From NCBI GenBank assembly GCA_965637545.1, contig OZ281497.1, forward strand, positions 20,646,001 through 20,710,000: DNA of 64,000 bases. Direction: 5' to 3'. Below the pieces are notes generated by a model, which was given only the letters and a program-made list of their open reading frames with translations, was not told where the DNA came from and made no database searches. The position numbers and the translations under genes are program-made. Source of the DNA: Phallusia mammillata. Taxonomy: Eukaryota. Below are positions 54,944 to 64,000 of this stretch, piece after piece (position 1 is the stretch's first letter; each line of letters opens with the position of its first letter).

Positions 54944-56807
54944 ACCGCCGCGCAGTGTTCCCCCTTCCCCCAACCGGGAGTGCCCCCCCCAAACTGTGTG
55001 TGACGTCATGAACAACTCTTACACAATCCCACCACCCACCGACGCTGAACCCCCCACGCGCTCGTTCCTACCCTTAAAGTCACGTGCTTGCCCAATACGC
55101 CCAGCAGGGAAGAACCGCGCGCCAACGAAGAAAGTCACTTTTGCCTCAGCGCCATCAGACGACAACTCTCCATACCTTTTTAGACAATTCCTGGTCACAC
55201 CTGTTTTATTTTTCAATACGCGTTACTATGACAGTCGGCGGCCGCTCGGTGATTGGTCGAGTGCGAACCAATCGGAAGCGGCCGCCGACCTTACTCTCCA
55301 CGCGTTCGTTTTGCATCGCTCCAGCATTTTCCTTTGTTACGTAATAAACTGATCATTCTCTGCTCCACCAGTTGAGGGGAATTCCCCAGTATTGTAGTGT
55401 ATATTTCCTTGTGTTTCTACCTTTCCTCGTTCTCTCTTCCCCTTTTTTTCGATTAAGCGCATTCTACTCGGAAAGACAAAGAAACGGCAAAAATCTGTCT
55501 CTTGTTTTTTTATTAGTCAGCACATAGTTTCAGAAACAGATAAAAAAATTCATGTGATATGCAACGACAGTCGTATTGTGAGGTCTTGGGCAGTCTTAAT
55601 TCGTCAGCTTGATCCCAAATAAACCAGTAAATGATTTGGTGGGTTTGCAATACTACACGTGTTCTTTGACACTGATTGAACTTTTTAGCTTGAAGAGTTT
55701 TTTAGTGTTTTGTTGATTTTTTTTGCCTACCCAGGGTTAGTCTTTATGCACTTGTTTCAAGCGCTAGGGCCAGTAAGGTTACTTGTAATCTGGCTTCAAG
55801 CAAAAAGTACGTTTGTTTGCCCTGGTCAAGTCCAACCTAACATTTTTCAAATTTCTAGCTCCCTGTATAGGTGCATATTATGTCATGCGTTCTAAATTTA
55901 CGTTAAAATTCACATACAGGTCGCGTTGTTTTTTTTTTTGAAAAATTTATCTCGCAGCATTTTTCGCTTTCTGTCACTGGCCGCGTGGCAGGGATGTCTT
56001 TCCGTTTAGCGCTTTGTGTCAATCAGTTTTCCGCGTATAAGTGCAACACACCATGTTGTTATTATCTATTTCGGGGTCAGGCGCGGACACAGGTAGTTCA
56101 CACCTTTCCTGCAGTGTTATTGAGTACCTGTGTAGCTTACATCACGGATAAAATGGTGCACAGATGTTTGTCGAAATTTCGCAATAACGTAAGTATGGAA
56201 AAGTGAGCATTGTGTGGCAATTCACTTTAAACGTTTGTTGGAACACGAAGGGTCTTACGTATCAAATGCACTCACTTGCATTGACGGGCAGAAAAGAAAA
56301 ATCACCAGCGATCATTTTAATATTGCTTGGTCGTGACAATTGGGTGTATTGTGGGTCAAACAAGTCTGGTTCAAAGTATGGGGAAAACTGAAAGCGAGCA
56401 AAAAGAGGTTCCAAACAAGGCATCACTATTATTGCGCAGTAATGAGGGTCAAGTAACTTGTAAGAAGGCAACAATGGCAATCAAGGCCACGGTGTATATG
56501 ATTGTTGTCTGAAAGGTAACCGCAGTTCAAATGATGGATCACGGGTTTTATGATTCCTGACGCAGCATTAGACTTCCGTGTCGCTTTAAGCTGTCAATTA
56601 AACACGTTCCCGAGCCAACCTGTGGCTTGCGATTTTGCTGACACGAAGTTTACTTTCAACCACTTAACCCTTGCAGTCACCTTTTTAAGGAATTCGGATT
56701 TACTGTTTTAGACTGAAGGTTAGAAACCGTTTTGTTTACGAAGGCTAGGTATAAGTTCGTATTCCCTTTCCGCTTTTGTTGCAGTTTTCGTCATGTAGTC
56801 CCTATAG

Positions 56808-57116
56808 CATAGGTAGGCAACCTTTTTGCATGCGCGGGCCAAAAAGTAGTGATATATTGTGGAGGCGAGCCGCAGCGATCGTCATGCAATAACATTTCAG
56901 TGTGAGGCAAAGTCAAACACACAAAGATTTTGTCTTGGTAGGCCTACGTAAGAACGCCTATTCCTGGTAATAAACTATTAACTATTAACGTTTATGTAAC
57001 AACTCTTTGGTACAAAAATGGGATTTAACACACACATTCCGTCCGGCCAAACAAAATAAAATACCAGTCGCGGGCCGCTCAAAAGTTACTTGCGGGCCGT
57101 AGGTTGCCCACCCCTG
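56808..57116. mobile_element. 309-bp hAT (Charlie/MER-like) MITE
   Basis: TIRs CATAGGTAGGCAACC / CAGGGGTGGGCAACC (imperfect), perfect TSD CCCTATAG (56800-56807, 57117-57124) and GCGGGCC subterminal motifs. Confidence 0.88.
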
Positions 57117-57152
57117 CCCTATAGGCTTAGGCTATGGGGCGTTAAAAAAAAG

Positions 57153-57925
57153 TAGGGGAAAGTCGTGTAATTTGGACCACTTTAGTTTGAACCTTCATAA
57201 AATAAAAAGTAGTCCTTCAAATTAAAGGTAGTTGCGATTCGTTAAGTTATGACGCTAAGTATTTATTTGCAAAAAGGCAATGTTTGGATATTAACGTAAA
57301 AAGAGTAAAACGCATTTAATTTTTTTTCGCGAAGTGGTCCATTTTACACGCATAGTGTGTAATTTGGACCAAAGTCGTGTGTAAAATGGACCACTTAAAA
57401 TCCGTGCGATTTCTTTTCCATAAGTTCCTCAAAACGAACGTTAACAGCCTCAGTTACCAACCTAATCAAGATTTTATTACATTACCACAATGTTTCACAA
57501 AATATTTGAATTTTATGGAATGAAATCAAAAATGGGATAAAAAATTAAAATGAAAGAATTCTTGAAGATAAAAAGGCCATAATGGACTTACTAAGATAGC
57601 TGAAATAAAAAAAACTCGCAGAACACTGTAAAACAGCAGCATGGCAAATTAATTAATTAATTTGATTTGCTTTAAATCAATAATTGGTAAAGCAAAACAC
57701 AATGAATATAAGTCCTGCACTGAGCTTGGTCTTTCAATACTACTAAATGTATGTTTTTGTCATCAAAAAACAGAATAAGTAAAGGACTTTCTTTACTGAT
57801 TCCATTTAGATATAAGCTTCTTAGTCGTAATTTAAGTCAAACTTCTTTAAAAACTGTCAGAAACATTCCCGAATGGTGTATAAATGCAAGCTTTATTTTC
57901 AGCTGCCCGGTCCAAATTACACACA
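57153..57925. mobile_element. Degenerate MITE with GTGTAA(T/A)(T/A)TGGACCA subterminal repeats (possibly Tc1/pogo-derived)
   Basis: The motif occurs at 57165, 57357 and 57379 in direct orientation and at 57334 and 57909 inverted. Superfamily assignment is inference. Confidence 0.55.
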
Positions 57926-59977
57926 TTCACACGCATTTTTTACCCAATTTATTTTATTTTTGGAAAGTGTTAGCGGATTGTTCTTTGTATGCTAAATGCA
58001 TTAATAATTGTACCACACAAAAATCATACCCACTGAGATTTACACTAAACAGTAGTAAAGAAACGCAAAAAGTTTGATCCCTAAAAAAATTATCAAATTT
58101 TGTTTTTCTCTCTATAACAAACGGAAAGTATAGCATCAAGCTTATACAGTTAATTAGCGCAAATACAGTTAATTAGCAAAAATGATTATAAGGGCAAATA
58201 TAGGGGCGAAAAGTGAACCTGTTTAACGTTTTAAAAGGCAAATGTGTCTCACTGTCGTCGTGCATAACGTAGGCTACGCCGGATTGCCAGTTTCAATACA
58301 TACGCAGTGTTAACAATATAGTTGTCTGCTGAAGCATAACCTTTGCTTTGTTTAACCGGTGGCAATTAATTTTAGTGCTCTTTGTATGAGCCTTTTATGT
58401 GGTGTTATAGGTATATGCAAACTGTCGCCTGGTTATAAATACGTCCTATATATATTGTCATATTGTGTGAATAGGCATTATATTTAGTTTAAAGAAGAAA
58501 TTTTGTTTCAACTCATGTTATATGAGTGATTTTCATCCAAGTCGGCAATTGTGACGTCCGGTAATATAAGTTGTGCAAAGTTTGCCTGGAGTTCTTTGAA
58601 AGCTCGCTGTATAGGCTATCTAGTATGGGTAGGGATATAAGACTCGGCCATTAATTTCGTATGAAGCGGCACTGGCTTTCTAAAATGCAGCTTGCTTGAA
58701 TCCAACTATATTCCAAATGGAAACATAAACTAATTGGACCGGTCACACCAAATAGCTAAAATTACTTGTATGTGGACCAAAGCAGCTTGCTTTTGGAAAT
58801 CATGAAAAGTTCTTTTGAACTGATTTAAATGGTTAGGTCAGTGAGAGATAAACCGAGTGTTCTTGGCCAGGTTATTTCTGAAACTAACAAGATGGTTATT
58901 TCAAAATAATGTCCAAGACAAGAGTTTCGCCCAATACCAGGGCATTTCAGCTGGAATGCATACAACAAAAATTTGACCTGTGTGTTTTCGTTTCAGACAG
59001 TTCTTTCTTACTGATGTGATGCTCATGACATACAGCAATAGACATGTCGTAAAAAAGTTCAGCCAACACACCCAAGGGTGGTAGAAGAGCGTTGCGAATT
59101 TTTATAGCAGAATTTCAAAAGGCCACCGCAGGTTGATAACCACTGAATAATAAAAACAAAATAAACATATTTTGTTCGGGTATATCATTCCGCAACGAAA
59201 AACTGTTTTAACTTTATTCCTTAATGGCTACGAATTGCAAGTGTATAGGTTCTGTCGTGTGAAATCAGATATTTGACAAGTCCATCACCGTTTTCAACAG
59301 TAAAACGCGATCTCTTTCACTGGCACTAAACGTTTATATCTCTAGTAAGAAAGTCCTACAACATTGAGCTAGCAATGTTTATATTTCCTATTTCACATGC
59401 ACACGGGTAAATATTGCACATATTTCGATTCAGCAGCACCACAAACGAACTCTTTGGTTTTCAGAAATGGGTGGCTTCACACACAGCACACGCGGGCAGG
59501 GAATGACAATTGAAAAGTTCACCAAAGACAACATGAGGTTTCAAATACAGTACTGGGTACTTTGGTTTGATGAAATAATATGTGTTTATTTCTACACTTT
59601 GGATGCTTTTCAGTTGGATAGGTTGGCCATTGTTAAAGGCGTATTTTATGTGCAATGCTTGGTATAAAAAACACTTTGGTTTCTTAGGTAAAAAGCCGGA
59701 GCTTGTTTGTATTGCGTCACAAGGTTGTCATTGACAATACATGGATCAATGGAAGCATTAGGATTGAACATTTTAACATAGGAAGACAAACTATTATTAC
59801 AGAGTACAATTCACACATACAACACAATGCTGATTTATCAAACACAATATCATCGTTCAAAATAATTCACAAAAGGTAAAAAAATTTGGAATGATATTTC
59901 AATCCAACCCTGATGGGGGTCAAACTAAGGGCTAAATCAGATTACCCAACGTTCCTGCCATCAAACAAATCGAGTCA

Positions 59978-62900
59978 TTACAACTCGGTCTTGCTTTGTT
60001 CAGACTGGATATCTCCAAAGCGTTCCTTCCATGCACGCACATACGCCGGGTGACTCAGCACTTTTTCTCGCGCCTCACGTATGAGTTGGCGAAATCGTCT
60101 AGGGTCAAACCACCAGTTCCAGAACTTGGGGTTGTCACCATATTTGTGGTGTTTGTGTTGATCAGAAGGTTTGGGCTCAGAGTTATCGGGCCCGTTCGAC
60201 CAGGTCATGTAGTTAAGGCCGCGTAGACGGGCAAGATCATTGTAGCAGTTGGCGTCACCACAGTTGTATCTGTTGGTAAACGAAAAAAAAACTATTCTTG
60301 CCCAAATTACAATTATGTACAAGCCACGGCTAAAGAATTTGTGAAGAAACAAATTGAAACAGCAACTTGGGCGGTAAAGTCATGCGCTACAAATCAACGG
60401 CACCTTATACACAAGTGTTCCATACGTTACACTCGTTTTCAAATTGACATTTTACAACAAAACTTTGGACTTCTGTGAACCTTATATGAAAGGCGTAAAC
60501 AACGACGGCCTGCGCAAAATCGACTACTTACAATTCAAATGCCAGAGCCCAATCAGGTAAAAACATGAAATGAGCCAAACCCGCTCCATGCATGCCGATA
60601 AATATGTCAGAGTTTTGTGTGATTGACAGTTGCTTCTCGAAAGGCATTTCACGCCAGTTGTACTCGACCACCTACAAAAAAGACAATTTAACAAAAACTA
60701 GAAGAGTGGTTAGTGGCATTCTTATATATTGCAAAATTAAAGGATCTATATGCTATTTAACGATTTATTACACATACCATTTCACCTAGTACCATGATTG
60801 AGTCCCCACACACGTGTATATACAAATTAGTAAAGGTAATATGGTGTAAATATATATTTCTTCGTAGGAAGCTTAAACTCAAACTTTAAAACCCAGACAG
60901 TATTACATACACTAACAAATTGTATGACAAACGTATACCGTTGATAAAACGGTGTCCAAAACTTCGTGTAACTGGGGTGAGTAAACATACAATGGGACAA
61001 AATATCGAAGGAAATTAAATTTTACCCACCTTAACTTTGACATCGCGAAATTCACGCAGAACTTTCACCAAATCCTTTTGATTTCGGATTTTTCGGTACA
61101 CGTTCTCGTTTTCGGGTTTTGCCCGCTCGAGCAAGGTCACCCGCAACAGAGGCGCGCCCTTCTTCTCTTGTACGCCATCTTGTGAGATGTTGAGACGGTG
61201 CAAAACGTGTTGAGAAAAGGCACGAAACAGATTGGAGCCCACGCAGCCAGCTGGCTATTGATATCACAAAAATACAGTAATATTTAAGGCAGTGGTTCTT
61301 AACTTCAAGCCTACATTAATGTGTACTGATCACCGAACTTTTAGTGTTAAAAATACTTCTGTAAAAATCACTGAGGTAAAGAAGAGAAAAACATATTTAT
61401 GATACGTCTTAACAACACAAAACAACCAGCTTTGTTGTAAAATTAAATTGTGATCAAATCCAATTTATGATGTACCACTTGAGTGTAGGATTTTAAGAGT
61501 AAAAAACATGAGTTCAGTTTAACAAAATAACACAACTAATTTAGTTTTTTTGCTCTGAAATTTCCTACAGTGATGAATTGATGTTGCTGAATCGTTGCAG
61601 TCCAATATTTCATTAATAAGGCAACATATACTACGTACCACGTAAGTGTTGTAATAAAGTCCTCGTCTCATTCTGGGCAGTAGTGGAAACATGACATCAT
61701 GAATGCAGACTTTCTTCCCTGCCCAATCCACCAATGGGATGACAGGATTGTCAGAAAACACTTTCCACGTCAATGAAAATGGGTCAAAGTAGTGTGAAGA
61801 GGACTGAAGAGGAAAATTAACAATTGTTACAATGCAGTTTAACAGTAAAGTGTCACGTCCTGATACTCAATTCATATGTACTTAAACATACCAAAATGAA
61901 ACGAAACAAGATAGTATTTATGAGACACAATAAATTTCACAATTGTTGGGACATTTTTATTGCACATCATTTTACAGGCTTTTTGTGCAATTTATACATG
62001 TCAAAACGGACAACCATTTTGAGAGCATTAGAAACTGCTATATAGTTTACCAGGAAAAGGATAAATGAGTGTGTACTGTTTAAGTGTTCCAAAATTGAGT
62101 TACCAACAAATTGTACTCACTGTGTCCCACATGACAATTTGAATGTCACGGCCAAACCAGGATCCGTTCACATGTTGACTGGCATAGAGGTTAAAGAAGT
62201 CACAGAAATGATGAAACATGTTTCCACCATAATCCAACTTCATGAAAACAACAGTGCCATTGATTGTCACATCACAGCGACGGCTCTTCATTGGTTTAAA
62301 AGGCAGCTGCGAAAAATTTTCCAACTCTGCATACCTGTTGCACAAACTTGCTCTTAACGGTCATTGAATCCAAATGCGAAATATTAGTATTGCTGAAACT
62401 AATAAAGCCACAAAATTGATAATGGTCAAACTCTACCTTGCAAATCCCATTGTCAAAGTTTGTTTTAGAACCAACCCATTTATTACTTGCCATCATATCA
62501 CAACATGGTGTCAAAGCAATTTATCATTTGGACTCTCATTGAAGTACATACATGTCTGTCATCATATATGTCTTTTATATGGGTAACTACTTTGAACAAA
62601 ATCATGTATATGTTTATACTTGCCATGATTGCAGTGCACTTTTGTGTTCACTTTGTTGTTTTAACAAGTCTTTGTCAAGGTCGCATGATCCACCAATGTC
62701 ACTAGGATCAAACAAATCCTCCCGATATTTGTCTCTACTGCTTTCCACACCAAGCTTTCGAAAGTTGAAATACAAGTTTCTTCCATGACAGTATCTTGTG
62801 TATCTGAATAAAACTGAACACTTATTCCCAGCATAGTTTTATTTTGTAGCAAATTGCACAGATCGCACTTATGAAACACAAACATTTAGTAGTTATTCTG

Positions 62901-63567
62901 ACTTGTAAACCTTGTTGTAACATGGAAAAAACACTGCTTTTTACCTGGAACATTGAAGCAAAGAATCTTCGTTGGTCTTTGGTTTACATATGGGAAGCTG
63001 TTCAAACTCCTTTATGCGTTCTCTGATATATCCAAAGTCCACCTAAAAAGTGTACACTAAGTATTTGGACTAGCAGCCCTCCACCTTTCACCTCTTACAA
63101 ACAGAGAAACTTCTAAACTGTGCTTCAAACTTTGAAAAAACAATCAGCCTTTTTACTTCATGAAACTTGAGTTGTATTTTGATAAAGCCATTACAGTTTA
63201 TTTTTTTATGTTTTATGTCAACAAACCGCCCCAAAACCAAGCTTTGTTGTAGCGTTAGCAATTATAAACAAACTAAAATGTATGTAAATTGTAGAGTTAA
63301 AAACAGTGTTGAACAAAAGTTTTGTGATATGGATTAAACTATCTTTGCAACCAACTTAAAAGTAACACATTTTGGTGTTGGGGCCCTAGGTTAAAAATGC
63401 TGAATTATACAATGAACCAATGCAGTGATTTTTGAAATAATAATACTTACGCCTTCCCAAAAGTTTTGCTTGAAAAACTCCGTTTGACAATGCTCAGTTT
63501 TTGATCCGAATCTTCTTTCTTCTTCACATCCCTCTTCATAACCCCAACATACATTGTCCTTTAGTGC
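59978..63567 (-). CDS. EOGT: EGF domain-specific O-linked GlcNAc transferase, 3' part; 5' exons lie right of the window
   Basis: Exons 63451-63567 (CWGYEEGC), ~62944-63042 (DFGYIRER), 62624-~62803 (KYREDLF..KSALQSW), ~62121-62334 ([21 protein letters not shown]), ~61641-61803 ([13 protein letters not shown]), ~61030-61254, 60532-60671 ([20 protein letters not shown]) and 59978-60269 ([25 protein letters not shown]). These match GT61 EOGT motifs and end in an ER-retrieval-like tail. Confidence 0.95.
61290..61305. mobile_element. hAT MITE left-TIR remnant in an EOGT intron
   Basis: cagtggttcttaac is the same as the TIR of 18417-18960. No right end found. Confidence 0.45.
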
Positions 63568-63600
63568 CTGGAATTAAAAGTATATACACATGACAATAAA

Positions 63601-63737
63601 AAGTTTATAAAGCTCTTCTGGCAAGTATTTTTTATCTGACATTTCGAAATCGTTTATGCTCAAACGAGTGAAGGCGACCTGTATAGGACGTTGAAATGTC
63701 GGAATAAAAATACTTGCCAGAAGAGCTTTATAAACTT
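63601..63737. mobile_element. 137-bp foldback element (MITE) in an EOGT intron
   Basis: ~45-bp near-perfect inverted arms aagtttataaagctcttctggcaagtatttttt.. / ..aaaaatacttgccagaagagctttataaactt, the outer 32 bp matching exactly. Confidence 0.8.
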
Positions 63738-64000
63738 GATATTATGCATGGCAGCAATAGCTTATATACATGACAATAACACTTCAATTGTTTCTGGTAA
63801 AGTGACTAATTATATGCAGACTTGGACAACTAGATTTTTTTTCGGTTTTTCAAATTAGATTAGAATTAAAATTAGAGCATCTCCTTTTTTTACAAATTAG
63901 ATTAGAATTTTCTCAAAATCTAGAAATTAAACTAGAATTAGATTTAAGCCAACCAACTTTACTTTGTTTCAAATTTGAACTTGTAGATTTGCACATTTAA

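Noticed and set aside
62296-62514. 72-aa minus-strand ORF inside EOGT as an extra exon
   Set aside because: No EOGT similarity; the flanking exons join in frame through the GC-AG intron without it.

Overview
AT-rich eukaryotic (invertebrate chordate-like, most likely ascidian/tunicate; species is inference) genomic DNA with short GT-AG introns. There are six protein-coding genes. Left to right: the 3' half of PIK3C3/Vps34 (+, to 4350); a complete NEK4 (-, 5276-11247, tail-to-tail with Vps34); an intronless 316-aa orphan 7TM receptor (+, 12841-13791); a six-exon FoxG (-, 25251-32075) in a ~24-kb CpG-rich non-coding landscape; a 16-exon GRK4/5/6 kinase (+, 38466-54566); and the 3' part of EOGT (-, 59978 to beyond 63567). 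Exon chains were rebuilt by hand; phases close exactly for FoxG and GRK, while the NEK4 middle exons are approximate. Non-coding content includes three intact hAT MITEs with perfect 8-bp TSDs, other MITEs and fragments, a tRNA-like Pol III unit and an 84-bp poly(A) retro-insertion with a 14-bp TSD. Best leads: (1) the orphan 7TM beside FoxG; (2) a separate FoxG first exon carrying the eh1 motif, with an in-frame ATG just after it; (3) up to four candidate GRK C-termini, one with a Cys-Cys palmitoylation-type motif; (4) sharp CpG-depletion steps inside three genes, with only the 5' part depleted; (5) a CRE cluster and small ORF at the GRK 3' end. No prokaryote-type systems, CRISPR arrays or autonomous transposons were seen. 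Nothing here is shown to be a new biological system; the leads are hypotheses, and all motif counts are by eye.
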